A DNA stretch of 64,000 bases. Origin: an uncultured Spirochaetota bacterium. GTDB taxonomy: Bacteria; Spirochaetota; B62-G9; DRHN01. Below the pieces are notes generated by a model. The model saw only the letters and a program-made list of their open reading frames with translations. It was not told the origin of the DNA and made no database searches. This document shows positions 1 to 10,151 of the stretch, in pieces. The position numbers and the translations under genes are program-made. The DNA lies in the NCBI GenBank assembly GCA_964525675.1, contig CAZGJW010000002.1, forward strand, positions 7,093 through 71,092, written 5' to 3'. The first letter of the stretch is position 1. Every line of letters begins with the position of its first letter.

Positions 1-857
1 TGGCGGTGCACTGGAGCGATGACCCGAATCAGGCCCCGGGAGCGGACGGATATTTAATCGACGATATGAACGAGGTGTACAACCTGGTATTGCCTGACCC
101 GGTCCATGATGGGCTGATGCCGCATAACCTGCAGTGGCTCGATTACGCGAACCGTCATATGCCGAAAGACGTGCACCTTACGGGGATAGATCTTGGCGGC
201 CCGTTGAATACAGCGAAGGACCTTCTGGAATCCAACCTCATGTATACTGCGTTCATCGATACACCTGATGCGATGCATTATTTCCTTGATATGGTGACAC
301 GGCTTCAGATACTGTGCAGCCGGGAGATCATCAAGGCAGCCGGGGGCCTGGAGAGGCTCACCTGCACCGATTTTGACCCGATATGGGCGCCGCTGATGTA
401 CAGGGGCTTTGTGTCTGATGACGTATGCGCTTCGCTCGGTCCGTCGATGTTCGAAGAATTCAGCATCCCATACAACAACAGGGTCATCGCCGGATTCAAC
501 GGGGCGAGGATTCATAACTGCGGGCCCAACCCTTCGGCTTACCTCTATCGGAAGCATACGGTTGATGTCATGGGTTTGAACTGCTCGTTCAAATATTCGA
601 AGGACGACCTTCACAGGTTGAAAGAGGAGTTTGGCGGCAGGGGTTTTATCGAGTTCAATTTCGATAATGAAGAAACCCCTGAAGAGATTATTGCGGGGTA
701 TGAACAGATCGCGAATGCGCTTTCTCCGGACACAGTCGCACTGCCCCTGCTCTTCCTGAACGAAACCTGGACGGATGATGATATTCGGGCGGTATATACT
801 GACCTCAGAAAAATTTCAGAGCATTATGCCGCTGAAATAAGATGGAATGAAGAATAA
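1..857 (+). CDS. URO-D (uroporphyrinogen decarboxylase / MtaA-CmuA-like) family protein, C-terminal part; the 5' end is outside the window
   Basis: The frame is open from the window edge to TAA at 855-857. The layout ...DFDPIW...FEEFSIPY...IHNCG... resembles the URO-D fold. Family call is by eye only. Confidence 0.45.
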   Translation, partial: AVHWSDDPNQAPGADGYLIDDMNEVYNLVLPDPVHDGLMPHNLQWLDYANRHMPKDVHLTGIDLGGPLNTAKDLLESNLMYTAFIDTPDAMHYFLDMVTRLQILCSREIIKAAGGLERLTCTDFDPIWAPLMYRGFVSDDVCASLGPSMFEEFSIPYNNRVIAGFNGARIHNCGPNPSAYLYRKHTVDVMGLNCSFKYSKDDLHRLKEEFGGRGFIEFNFDNEETPEEIIAGYEQIANALSPDTVALPLLFLNETWTDDDIRAVYTDLRKISEHYAAEIRWNEE

Positions 858-1085
858 TGAACAGCCGGTTCGCTGATTTCCATAAAAATTTCGATGGCTT
901 GTTAGTAAAGCCCTGCATTAATTTAGAAATGGATTTCTTCTTTAAAGTATTGTTTCCTTGCTATTTTTTTGTATTGAGTTAGGATATGAAAGATCGGGAA
1001 GGCCCGTCGCCGTGGAGATTAGTCAGTGATCTCGTATGGGTGTTCCTGGTTTTTCCAGTATATTCTATATCATTCGGTAAATAGT

Positions 1086-1778
1086 GTGCGCATTCTTATC
1101 GTCGAGGACGACAGTAAAATAGCATCCTTTGTTGTAAAGGGGCTGCGGGAAGCGGGGTATGCCGGTGATCATGTGACGAGCGGTGAAGAGGCGCTTGATT
1201 TTGCGGAATCAGTTGCCTATGACGCTGCCGTCGTCGACATTATGCTTCCGGGGATCGACGGTCTGACGCTCATCGAAAAGCTCCGCCAGAAAAAGATCAA
1301 TACACCGGTTATCATACTCAGTGCAAAGCGTACAGTCGATGACAGGATCAAGGGTCTGAAGGCCGGCGGTGACGACTACCTTACAAAGCCGTTTTCCTTT
1401 TCAGAGCTTCTCGTGCGCATACAGGCGCTTTTCAGGCGGGCGTCTATGGCTGCATCTCCCGTAAAGCTTCAGGTTGGGGATTTGTCCATAGACCTCGTCT
1501 CCCGGAAGGTGAAGCGCGGCGATATGAAGATCGAGCTAATGCCCCGGGAGTTTGCTCTGCTCGAGTTTTTGATGCGCAATGCAGGTAACGTGCTCCCGAA
1601 GACGGTCATTATGGAGCATGTATGGGATTACCATTTCGATCCGCAGACCAATGTCGTGGATGTGCTCGTGAGCCGTCTGAGAAGCAAGGTAGACAAAGAT
1701 TTCAAACACAAGGTGATTCACACCATACGCGGAGTCGGGTATGTTCTCAAAGCTCCTGAAGAGGATAACAAAGATTAA
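1086..1778 (+). CDS. OmpR/CusR-type response regulator
   Basis: Receiver motifs are RILIVEDD, DIMLPGIDG and LTKPFSFSELL. The C-terminal winged helix shows EFALLEFLMRN...TIRGVGYVL. GTG 1086 is chosen because the receiver domain begins there; the ORF is open from 1026. Confidence 0.85.
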   Translation: MRILIVEDDSKIASFVVKGLREAGYAGDHVTSGEEALDFAESVAYDAAVVDIMLPGIDGLTLIEKLRQKKINTPVIILSAKRTVDDRIKGLKAGGDDYLTKPFSFSELLVRIQALFRRASMAASPVKLQVGDLSIDLVSRKVKRGDMKIELMPREFALLEFLMRNAGNVLPKTVIMEHVWDYHFDPQTNVVDVLVSRLRSKVDKDFKHKVIHTIRGVGYVLKAPEEDNKD

Positions 1779-3141
1779 CCTGCGTCTTGCGGCACTATTC
1801 TCCGGAATTGTGGTTGCCTGCTCCTTCTTCCTCTACGGATTTACATACTTTCTTATCTACTCCTCACTCGTACATGACGACAATGAAAATGCGCGGCTCA
1901 AACTTCTTGAGTATAGCGCCTACTACCGGAGCGGCGGTGTCGATCTGTTGAGAAGAGAGATAACGCTTGAGAAGTTTTTCGGCGAGAAGAAGCTCTTTTT
2001 CCTCAGGGTTGCGGATATATGGAACAACTCACTCATACTTCTCATCCCCGAAAGATGGCGGCGGTATACTATTGAGAAGCTCAGGGAGGTCGATACTGGA
2101 AAGAACCGGAGCATCGTCCGCATGGAAGTCGGCGGTGAGAGGTATCTTCTCGAAATATCATCACTCAGGCTTCCGGACGGTAATATCCTTCAGATCGGCA
2201 CCGATATCGAGGACAGGGAACTGGTACTGAAGCACTTTCGCGATATTTCAGTTCTCGTAATAGTTCCTCTCATACTGCTGAGCTTTTTGGGCGGTTCCAT
2301 CCTTGCTGCGCGTGCGCTTCGCCCGATCCATGAACTCAATACAACCGTGAAAAGTATTATCGACACTGGCAGAATCGAGGCGCGGATTTCAGAGATGGTC
2401 GCACGAGATGAGCTCGGTGATATGGTAGTGTTGTTCAACCGGATGCTGACAAGGATTGAAAAGCTCGTAAATGGTATGCGGGAGGCTCTCGACAGCGTTG
2501 CTCATGAGCTCAAAACACCGATGACGCGGCTCAGGGGGGTGGCGGAAAGTGCTCTTCGTGAAGGAAAGACGAAGCAGGAATGCAAAGAGGCGCTTGCGGA
2601 CTGCATGGAAGAATCGGAGTATATCCTTACCATGCTGAATACGCTCATGGATATATCGGAAGCCGAAACCGGGTCAATCAAGCTCAACATCGAACAAGTC
2701 GATATTTCACCGGTTATCGAGGATATGGTGGAGCTCTACCGGTATGTTGCAGATGAGAAGGGAGTTTCGGTAACCGCTTCGGTTCAACCGGGGCTTGTCA
2801 TTCCTGTCGATCTGAGCCGTATCAGGCAGGTTCTTGCCAACCTTCTGGACAATGCGGTGAAGTATACGCAGACGGGCGGCAGTACGCATATTGAAGCTGG
2901 AGTCGATCGCGATGCTGTGGTTATATCGGTTCGGGATACCGGGAAAGGTATTTCATATGATGAGATTGACCGTATATGGGAACGGCTGTACCGCGGGGAA
3001 AGTGCCGGGGTACAGCCTGGACTTGGCCTCGGATTGAGCTTTGTAAAGGCGATTGTCGAGGCCCATAACGGGAGTGTGCGTGTTTCAAGCGAGCCGGGGC
3101 AGGGCTCTGTTTTTTACGTGCATCTCCCGCTTGAGGGATAA
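1741..3141 (+). CDS. sensor histidine kinase (2 TM, HAMP, HisKA, HATPase_c), CusS-like
   Basis: It has two N-terminal hydrophobic segments, the H-box HELKTPMT, and N/G boxes LLDNAVKYT, DTGKGI and GLGLGLS. It overlaps the regulator gene by 38 nt. Confidence 0.85.
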   Translation: MFSKLLKRITKINLRLAALFSGIVVACSFFLYGFTYFLIYSSLVHDDNENARLKLLEYSAYYRSGGVDLLRREITLEKFFGEKKLFFLRVADIWNNSLILLIPERWRRYTIEKLREVDTGKNRSIVRMEVGGERYLLEISSLRLPDGNILQIGTDIEDRELVLKHFRDISVLVIVPLILLSFLGGSILAARALRPIHELNTTVKSIIDTGRIEARISEMVARDELGDMVVLFNRMLTRIEKLVNGMREALDSVAHELKTPMTRLRGVAESALREGKTKQECKEALADCMEESEYILTMLNTLMDISEAETGSIKLNIEQVDISPVIEDMVELYRYVADEKGVSVTASVQPGLVIPVDLSRIRQVLANLLDNAVKYTQTGGSTHIEAGVDRDAVVISVRDTGKGISYDEIDRIWERLYRGESAGVQPGLGLGLSFVKAIVEAHNGSVRVSSEPGQGSVFYVHLPLEG

Positions 3142-3198
3142 TCTTGCTTGAGGGATAACTGGCAGAATAGAGAGCGTTTCCCGGTAATTTGTTGACTT

Positions 3199-3357
3199 TT
3201 ATGGTTTTATCCATTAGAATTCTGGCATTTTGTACCAGAATTTCGAATACAAATGACTATATTATACTACATTGCCGTAATATTACATACTTTAGGTAAA
3301 AACCATTAGGTAAGTGATAATTTTCAACTTCTAAGATTGGCAAGTTTACTTACCTAT
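3199..3357 (-). mobile_element. R1 repeat copy A (159 nt, MITE-like, subfamily 1)
   Basis: The reverse complement reads ATAGGTAAGTAAACTT...CACTTACCTAATGGTTTTTACC...TTCTGGTACAAAATGCCAGAA...GGATAAAACCATAA. It is alignable end to end with copies at 18753, 35561, 52001 and 60141. Confidence 0.85.
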
Positions 3358-3407
3358 GTTTCTGAAAGTATACTTAAAACGAAACCGAATACTACAGGGG
3401 AGAGCGT

Positions 3408-4421
3408 ATGGCATCGTTAAAAACATCGTATATGGGAATGGAGTTGAAAAACCCGGTTATTGCGGGTGCTAGCAGTATGACCATGAATCTTGGCAGTATC
3501 AAAAAAATAGAGGAGGCGGGGGCAGGAGCCCTTGTGATCGCTTCTCTTTTCGAGGAGCAGATACAGCTCGAACAGATGAAGCTTGAGGAGGAGCTCGAGA
3601 AGATCAAGTACAGAAATCCGGAGATGATTGAAATATTTCCCGACCTCGAGCACGCAGGGCCGCAGGAGCATCTATTGTGGGTCAGAAAGGCGAAGGAGAG
3701 CGTCGCAATTCCGGTCATTGCGAGTCTCAATGCGGTAAACCGTGAAACATGGGTCGAGTACGCCGCGCTGCTCGAGCAGACGGGTGTGGACGGTCTCGAG
3801 CTCAATTTCTTCGCAACACAGAGTGAGTTCGACAGGGCAGGGGTGGAGATAGAGGATGAACAGGTTGCCATCCTGAAAGAGATAAAGAAAAAGGTCAAAG
3901 TTCCAATTAGCGTGAAACTGAGTATTTACTATTCGAACCCCCTCCACATTATTAAAAAGCTCGACGAGGCAGGTGTAAACGGTTTCGTTCTCTTTAACAG
4001 GTTTTTTCAGCCCGATATCAATATCGATGAAGAAAAAAACATCTCCCCATTTAATTTCAGCCATGAAACGGACTACCGCCTGCCGCTCCGCTACACAGGG
4101 ATCCTGTTCGGAAATATCGAGGCCAGCATCTGCAGCAGCAGGGGGATACTGCACGGCAGGGAAGTAATAAAGATGATTCTTGCAGGCGCGGACTGCATAC
4201 AGTGCGTAAGCACGCTGTTTATAAACAAGGTCGATTATATAAAGAGCATGCTTTCGGATATCGAGAAATGGATGGACAAGAAGGGATATGTCGACCTTGC
4301 GAGTTTCAGAGGCAAAATGAGCAGGAAGAACAGCAGCGACCCGTGGACCTACACACGCGCCCAATACGTGAAGCTGCTCGTAAAGCCGGAGCAGTTCCTC
4401 AGGGATGTGAAAACTGAATAG
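3408..4421 (+). CDS. dihydroorotate dehydrogenase-like (PyrD/PreA-fold TIM-barrel flavoprotein) protein
   Basis: The 337-aa ORF has a GGGGAG SD upstream. The N-terminus MELKNPVIAGAS and the later GADCIQ... are typical of class-1 DHOD-like proteins. Confidence 0.7.
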   Translation: MASLKTSYMGMELKNPVIAGASSMTMNLGSIKKIEEAGAGALVIASLFEEQIQLEQMKLEEELEKIKYRNPEMIEIFPDLEHAGPQEHLLWVRKAKESVAIPVIASLNAVNRETWVEYAALLEQTGVDGLELNFFATQSEFDRAGVEIEDEQVAILKEIKKKVKVPISVKLSIYYSNPLHIIKKLDEAGVNGFVLFNRFFQPDINIDEEKNISPFNFSHETDYRLPLRYTGILFGNIEASICSSRGILHGREVIKMILAGADCIQCVSTLFINKVDYIKSMLSDIEKWMDKKGYVDLASFRGKMSRKNSSDPWTYTRAQYVKLLVKPEQFLRDVKTE

Positions 4422-4494
4422 AGTGACGGATATGTTTTTCATTATTGAAAACAAAGCTTCTGGGTAAAAATATCCTTTTTAATAAAAAAATCTC

Positions 4495-4522
4495 TTGACA
4501 GTACCGTACGGGAATATATAAT
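4495..4522 (+). promoter_or_regulatory. sigma70-type promoter (TTGACA-16 nt-TATAAT)
   Basis: TTGACA lies at 4495-4500 and TATAAT at 4517-4522. It sits in an AT-rich spacer upstream of a 15-codon ORF and the ABC operon. Confidence 0.5.
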
Positions 4523-4558
4523 AAATTGCGAATTGTAGTATTTTTACAGGAGGGAAGT

Positions 4559-4606
4559 ATGTATTATCTATTTGGCTTTACTCTTGATATTGTGGGAATG
4601 AAATAG
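4559..4606 (+). CDS. candidate 15-aa leader/micro-peptide MYYLFGFTLDIVGMK
   Basis: AGGAGGG lies 4-5 nt before the ATG, and the consensus promoter is 30 nt upstream. The ORF is too short for any homology argument. Confidence 0.2.
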   Translation: MYYLFGFTLDIVGMK

Positions 4607-4805
4607 CCATACAACAGCAAGATCAAACTTCAGGCGCGTACAAACATCCATTTGTAGCTCACACTTGATATTTTAAAGCAACCGTTTCAAATTCCGAATG
4701 ATAAGGGAACAGGTTTTTTTTGAATAACGCTACTTATATGACTAGTAATAAAAATAAATTTTATTTTCTTTAATAAAATAAAAAAAAATTAAACATGTTT
4801 TCAGC

Positions 4806-4829
4806 GGTTGTTCAACCGGTTGTTCAACC
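4806..4829 (+). promoter_or_regulatory. two tandem copies of the inverted repeat GGTTGttCAACC (candidate operator)
   Basis: GGTTGTTCAACC occurs at 4806-4817 and again at 4818-4829, 37 nt upstream of the SBP start codon. Confidence 0.35.
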
Positions 4830-4865
4830 ATAATCACAAATTTTTTAATTTTAAGGAGGGAAAGA

Positions 4866-6062
4866 ATGTCTAGGAAAATGAAACTGCTCACCATTGTTAC
4901 AGCGGTTGTTATTGTGCTTGGTTGTTTTGCTGTGTATCAACAGCAGGATAGTCTGACGCTGGCTGCAGCAAAAAAGGGACCGAAGAAGATCACCATTGGA
5001 TGGACTCCCCCGGATATAACGGGAGTGTTTAAGACAGCAACAGACTATTTCGAGAAAGCGGCTGAGGATGCAGTTCGCCACGGCATTGATGTGGAGGTGA
5101 TATCTCAATCACCCGCCACACATGTAGCATTTGCCGATCAGGTTGCGATTATTGAAGATTACGTCCAGAGGAAGGTGGATGTGATCGCAATATCTCCTAT
5201 TGAAGTCGAGGTGATAAAACCTGCAGTAAAGAAGGCCAATGAGGCGGGTATCCCCGTTATTATCGTCAATCTGCTTGAGCCGATACCAGGTGTTAAGGTT
5301 GCATCCTACATCGGCTTTGATAATACGGATGCCGGAAGGATCTCCGCGTATGCTCTTCTTGACTATTTCGGTGGACCTGGTGTTCTGGGAAAGGGAAAGA
5401 AAGTTGATGTTGACCGCAACACCTACCTTGACCTTGCGTGGTGGAAGGACCTCTACAAGGATGTTGATCCGAATACGGCAGATATCAAGGCGCGTGTTGC
5501 CATTATCGAGGGTATTGCAGGTGGATTTTTCTCAACTGCGCGTTTGAACGGATTCCATGAAGTGGTTGATCCCTTCCCGGGTATAACAATAGTGGGAACG
5601 CTGCCTGCAGACTGGAACAGGGAAAAGGGCATTAAAGCTGCTGAGGATTTTCTCACTTCAAATCCTTCAGGAACACTCGATGCAATCTGGGCCGCATCAA
5701 ACGAAGTGGGACTTGGTGCAATGCTGGCATGTGAATCTGCTGGAAGGCTAGAAAAGGCCGGAGAGGGTGATATCGGCGATCATTATGTTGCTATATTTAC
5801 AAACGATGTGACACCTGAATCAGCAGACCGTGTTGCCGAGGGAAAAATGGTCGCGGAGACTCACCACGGCTTTCCTGAATGGGGATGGTACGGGACTGAA
5901 TTCGCCGTGACACTTGCGATGGGCGGAAAGGTACCATATATCTTTGATATACGGCCGCGGACAATGTACAAAGAAAATGCGCGTTTGTTCTATCCCACCC
6001 CTGCTCTTGATCCGATCGACTGGGAGACAATAAAAAAAGGAGGCTCTCCCAGGGTTAAGTAA
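4866..6062 (+). CDS. sugar ABC transporter substrate-binding protein (PBP1/RbsB-like, N-terminal anchor)
   Basis: It has an AGGAGGG SD and an N-terminal hydrophobic segment. The periplasmic-binding-protein pattern is VDVIAISPIE...GIPVIIVN. It is the first gene of an SBP-SDR-ATPase-permease operon. Confidence 0.8.
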   Translation: MSRKMKLLTIVTAVVIVLGCFAVYQQQDSLTLAAAKKGPKKITIGWTPPDITGVFKTATDYFEKAAEDAVRHGIDVEVISQSPATHVAFADQVAIIEDYVQRKVDVIAISPIEVEVIKPAVKKANEAGIPVIIVNLLEPIPGVKVASYIGFDNTDAGRISAYALLDYFGGPGVLGKGKKVDVDRNTYLDLAWWKDLYKDVDPNTADIKARVAIIEGIAGGFFSTARLNGFHEVVDPFPGITIVGTLPADWNREKGIKAAEDFLTSNPSGTLDAIWAASNEVGLGAMLACESAGRLEKAGEGDIGDHYVAIFTNDVTPESADRVAEGKMVAETHHGFPEWGWYGTEFAVTLAMGGKVPYIFDIRPRTMYKENARLFYPTPALDPIDWETIKKGGSPRVK

Positions 6063-6137
6063 TGGGAATCAGGAGGGAATAGGTGCTGAAAATTGCACCT
6101 TTTCCCTCTCATTTTTTTATAAAAAGGGACTGGAGTA

Positions 6138-6899
6138 ATGAAACTGGCGAATAAAGTGGCCGTCATTACAGGTGCAGGTTCAGGTATCGGACAAACAACC
6201 GCGTTATTATTTGCAAAAGAGGGAGCAAAGGTGGTGGTTGCTGACCTTAATGTAAATGGAGGGACTAAAACTGTAGACTTGATAAAGAAGGCTGAAGGCA
6301 ACGCCGCTCTTATATTGACTGATGTTTCCGATGTATCCAGTGTGAAGAAGATGGTAAAGAGCACTGTTGACATGCACGGAGGTCTCGATATACTTATAAA
6401 TGTCGCAGGTGTATTTGCTGAGGGAGATGTGGTAAGCACATCGGAGGATGACTGGGACCGCGTGCTTGGCGTAAATCTCTCAGGCATATATCTGTGCATG
6501 AAATACTGTATACCGGTAATGATGAAAAACGGTGGGGGAGTTATTGTTAACGTTGCCTCTGAAGCGGGTCTTGTGGCAATAGCCAATCAGGTCGCATATA
6601 ATGTATCAAAAAGCGGTGTCATTGCTCTGACAAGAAGTGCGGCGATTGATTTTGTTGATAAAAATATTCGGGTAAATTGCATCTGTCCGGGAAGGGTTTT
6701 GACCCCGCTTGTGAAAAAGGTTATTAATGAATCAAAAAACCCGGATAGTACAAGGCGCCTCCTTTCTGAAGACCGTCCGTTAAAGAGAATGGGAAAACCG
6801 GAAGAGATTGCAGCAGGAATACTGTTTTTAGCATCCGATGAGGTGAAGTATGCAGTCGGGACGGTTCTTACAATAGATGGAGGTTATACGGTTCGCTAA
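6138..6899 (+). CDS. SDR family oxidoreductase
   Basis: It carries TGAGSGIG, NVAG and the YNVSKSG (YxxxK) motif. Confidence 0.85.
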   Translation: MKLANKVAVITGAGSGIGQTTALLFAKEGAKVVVADLNVNGGTKTVDLIKKAEGNAALILTDVSDVSSVKKMVKSTVDMHGGLDILINVAGVFAEGDVVSTSEDDWDRVLGVNLSGIYLCMKYCIPVMMKNGGGVIVNVASEAGLVAIANQVAYNVSKSGVIALTRSAAIDFVDKNIRVNCICPGRVLTPLVKKVINESKNPDSTRRLLSEDRPLKRMGKPEEIAAGILFLASDEVKYAVGTVLTIDGGYTVR

Positions 6900-6925
6900 G
6901 ACTTGCATGCAGAGGAAAAAAGTAC

Positions 6926-8431
6926 ATGGGAGATACGTCATTCCTGTTAAGGGCAGTAGAGATTTATAAGAGATTCCCGGGTGTTGTTGCTCTCGACAGG
7001 GTCGATTTCGATCTGAAGCGAGGTGAGGTGCATGTCTTGCTCGGTGAGAATGGTGCCGGGAAATCAACCCTCATGAAGATTTTCAGCGGCACCCTGCTAA
7101 AAGATGGCGGTCGATTGTACATTCAGGATCAGGAAGTTGAAATTGAAAGCCCGTATCACGCGCGGGATCTGGGAATCGGCATGGTGTATCAGGAACTAAG
7201 CCTTATTTCCAGCCTCAGTGTTGCTGAAAACATGTATCTGGGTAGACTTCCGAAAAGGGTAACAGGTACAGTCAACTGGCCGAAGCTCTACAACGAAGCT
7301 CGTAATCTTTTTAAAGATTTTAATGTTGATATCAATCCGAGACAGAAGGTCGGTACTCTTGGAATGGCAGAACGACAGCTTGTTGAAATTGCCAAGACGC
7401 TCTCGATGAACATACAAATACTGCTGCTCGATGAACCGACCTCGGCATTATCGGAGGATGAACGAGAAAGGTTATTCGATATTATACGGCAGCTTCAGCA
7501 AAAGGGTGTTGGTATCGTTTATGTGTCTCATCGTCTCGACGAGGTGCCGAAGATTGGTGACAGGATTACGGTGCTCAGAGATGGAAAAAAAATAGGTACG
7601 CTTCCAGTGATCGATACTGATGAAAACACTCTTATCACGATGATGGTTGGGCGGAAGCTAAAAGAAAAATTTCCAAAAGAAAAGGTAGAAATTGGCCGCG
7701 AGATTTTAGGAATTCATAACTTAACAGTTAAGGGCAAGATCAAAAATATCACCCTCAATCTCAACGAAGGTGAAATCTTGGGTATTTCCGGCCTGATGGG
7801 TGCAGGGCGAACTGAGTTTGCACGGGCGCTATTTGGTATTGATCGTATCGACAGCGGGCAGATTTTCATTGATGGAAAACCGGTAAACATTTCATCTCCA
7901 TGGGATGCAATAGCGCTGGGACTCGGCTACCTTACGGAGGACAGAAAAGACGGGCTGGTTCTCCGGTTACCAGTTTCTGCCAATATCACTCTTGCAAGTT
8001 TGAAGCATGTGCGTAATTTCGCATTCCTCCGCCATCGTACTGAAAGGAGTTTAGCAGATAAATATATAAATGAGCTCAGCATACATACGTCCGACCTCAA
8101 TCAGCAGGCTGAATTTCTCAGCGGTGGTAACCAGCAAAAAGTTGCTCTCGCAAAATGGATGTGCAGTCACTCCAGGATTATGATTTTCGATGAACCGACG
8201 CGGGGCATTGATGTCGGTTCAAAGACAGAAGTCTTTAAATTAATGAACAATCTTGTTAAAAGAAAAGTAGGGATTATTATGATCTCATCGGAGCTCCCTG
8301 AAATAATGGCTATTGCAGATAGAATTATTGTCATGTGCCGCGGTTCTATTTCTGCTGAATTTGAAAGTGGTCAGGCCACACAGGAAGATATACTGCGTTA
8401 TGCCGTAATCGGAGGGGATCGAGATGAGTGA
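6926..8431 (+). CDS. sugar ABC transporter ATP-binding protein (duplicated ABC domains, RbsA/MglA type)
   Basis: It has GENGAGKST, LLLDEPT and a second-half LSGGNQQKV / IFDEPTRGID. Length is 501 aa. Confidence 0.9.
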   Translation: MGDTSFLLRAVEIYKRFPGVVALDRVDFDLKRGEVHVLLGENGAGKSTLMKIFSGTLLKDGGRLYIQDQEVEIESPYHARDLGIGMVYQELSLISSLSVAENMYLGRLPKRVTGTVNWPKLYNEARNLFKDFNVDINPRQKVGTLGMAERQLVEIAKTLSMNIQILLLDEPTSALSEDERERLFDIIRQLQQKGVGIVYVSHRLDEVPKIGDRITVLRDGKKIGTLPVIDTDENTLITMMVGRKLKEKFPKEKVEIGREILGIHNLTVKGKIKNITLNLNEGEILGISGLMGAGRTEFARALFGIDRIDSGQIFIDGKPVNISSPWDAIALGLGYLTEDRKDGLVLRLPVSANITLASLKHVRNFAFLRHRTERSLADKYINELSIHTSDLNQQAEFLSGGNQQKVALAKWMCSHSRIMIFDEPTRGIDVGSKTEVFKLMNNLVKRKVGIIMISSELPEIMAIADRIIVMCRGSISAEFESGQATQEDILRYAVIGGDRDE

Positions 8432-9509
8432 ATCACCGTTGAAAAATGCCGGGAATGAGAATGAGAGAACTCCGTTACTCATGTGGATCGAAAAAGGCCT
8501 CGGGTTACGAAGAATCGGATGGGCAACATTACTGCGCGGTGGCCCGATAATCGCACTTCTGCTTCTTGTCCTGTATTTTTCGCTGGCTTCTCCTCATTTC
8601 TTCACAGTAGATAATTTAAAGAACATAGGTGAACAGAACGCCTATCTCATTATTCTTGCCGTGGGTCAAACGATGGTAATTATCGGCGCAGGAATTGACT
8701 TATCCGTTGGCGCGTTGATGGCGGTGTCCGCTTCAATTATGGCCGTGTTTGCTACACAGGAAGTAACCCTCTTTGGTATATTGGTTGGACCAATTCATGC
8801 AGCGCCGGCGATGCTGTTGGGATTTTTAGTCGGTGCCTTCGCAGGCTTTATCAACGGATTGGTTATTTCCAAAGGAAGGATCCCTGATTTTGTTGCCACT
8901 CTTGGTATGATGGAAGCTGCTCGCGGCGCAGCCCTCCTGGTAACCGGAGGACTGCCCATTCCCTCTCATCTGACAGCAACCGAGTTAAAGGGATATCTGC
9001 CTGATGCGATCATCTGGATGGGAGGGAAAGAAATTTTTGGGATTCCTACAGGGCCGTTGATTGCTGTTTTAGTGGTTATCATAGGTTGGTTGATTTTAAC
9101 CCAGACCGTACTGGGACGATCGATATTAGCAGTGGGAGGGAACAGGGAGGCCGCAAGGGTATCGGGCCTCAAGGTTGATCGCATCAAAATCGCTACATAT
9201 ACTATCATGGGTATGATGGCTGCAGTAGCTGGCATTGTATTAGCGGGGCGTATGAACTCAGCCAATGCTTTGATGGCTACCGGTGTAGAATTGAAGTGTA
9301 TTGCAGCAGTGGTAATAGGCGGTTCGAACCTTTTTGGCGGGGAAGGTACCATTATTGGGAGTTTGATCGGTGCAATCATCATGGGAGTTCTGGGTAACGG
9401 CCTCAACCTGCTCAGTGTCTCAGCTTTCTGGCAGCGGGTTGTGATGGGACTCGTTATCATTGGAGTTGTGATTTTCGACCAGTGGCGCCGTCGGCGGTTC
9501 GGCGCATAA
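8424..9509 (+). CDS. sugar ABC transporter permease (RbsC/AraH family)
   Basis: It is a polytopic hydrophobic 361-aa ORF. The 8-nt overlap with the ATPase gene suggests translational coupling. Confidence 0.85.
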   Translation: MSESPLKNAGNENERTPLLMWIEKGLGLRRIGWATLLRGGPIIALLLLVLYFSLASPHFFTVDNLKNIGEQNAYLIILAVGQTMVIIGAGIDLSVGALMAVSASIMAVFATQEVTLFGILVGPIHAAPAMLLGFLVGAFAGFINGLVISKGRIPDFVATLGMMEAARGAALLVTGGLPIPSHLTATELKGYLPDAIIWMGGKEIFGIPTGPLIAVLVVIIGWLILTQTVLGRSILAVGGNREAARVSGLKVDRIKIATYTIMGMMAAVAGIVLAGRMNSANALMATGVELKCIAAVVIGGSNLFGGEGTIIGSLIGAIIMGVLGNGLNLLSVSAFWQRVVMGLVIIGVVIFDQWRRRRFGA

Positions 9510-9583
9510 ACTGCGTGTTGTTTCTCAATTAATCCTGATAGAGTATTCCCTTCACTGTTTGTTATAAAAACTTATTGTAAATA

Positions 9584-9918
9584 CAATTAGCGTGAAACTG
9601 AGTATTTACTATTCGAACCCTCTTCACTTTATTAAAAAGCTCGACGGTACCGGCGTAAACGGTTTCGTGCTCTTCAACCGGTTTTTTCAGCCGGATATCG
9701 ATATCGATGAAGAAAAAAATATCTTCCCATTTAATTTCAGCCATGAAACAGACTACCGCCTGCCGTTCCGCTACGCAGGGCCCCTGTTCGGAAATATCAG
9801 GGGCAGCATCTGCAGCAGCAGGGGTATGCTGCACGGCAGGGACGCAATTAAAATGATACTCGCAGGCGCGGATTGCATACTGCAATTCTTCACGTTGCAC
9901 AAAAAATTTTGCGTTTAA
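9584..9918 (+). pseudogene. internal fragment of a DHOD-like gene (paralog remnant)
   Basis: Positions 9584-9880 align without gaps to 3904-4200 of the intact gene, with 265/297 identical by my count. There is no N-terminal half, and the tail diverges and then stops. Confidence 0.85.
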
Positions 9919-10151
9919 GAACATTCCTCCGTGCAGACAATAATTTTACAACGTCGAATTACCGTCAAACCAGCTCAATATTCTTGACATGAGTTCATTT
10001 TTCCTGTACAGTGGCAGGAAACCGGATGGGTTCTGACAGCCGGTTTTCTGTTTGAGCGGGACCATTCACCTTTACAATATGGGTATCCAGTACTTCCTGT
10101 TAAAAGTGTATTAAACATCCAATATCAGTAGGTTTTGCTGTGCTGAGAAGA

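Noticed and set aside
3130-3158. A 12-nt direct repeat CTTGAGGGATAA occurs twice, duplicating the histidine-kinase stop-codon region.
   Set aside because: It is a small local duplication just past the stop with no obvious structural or coding consequence. It is noted but not considered functional.
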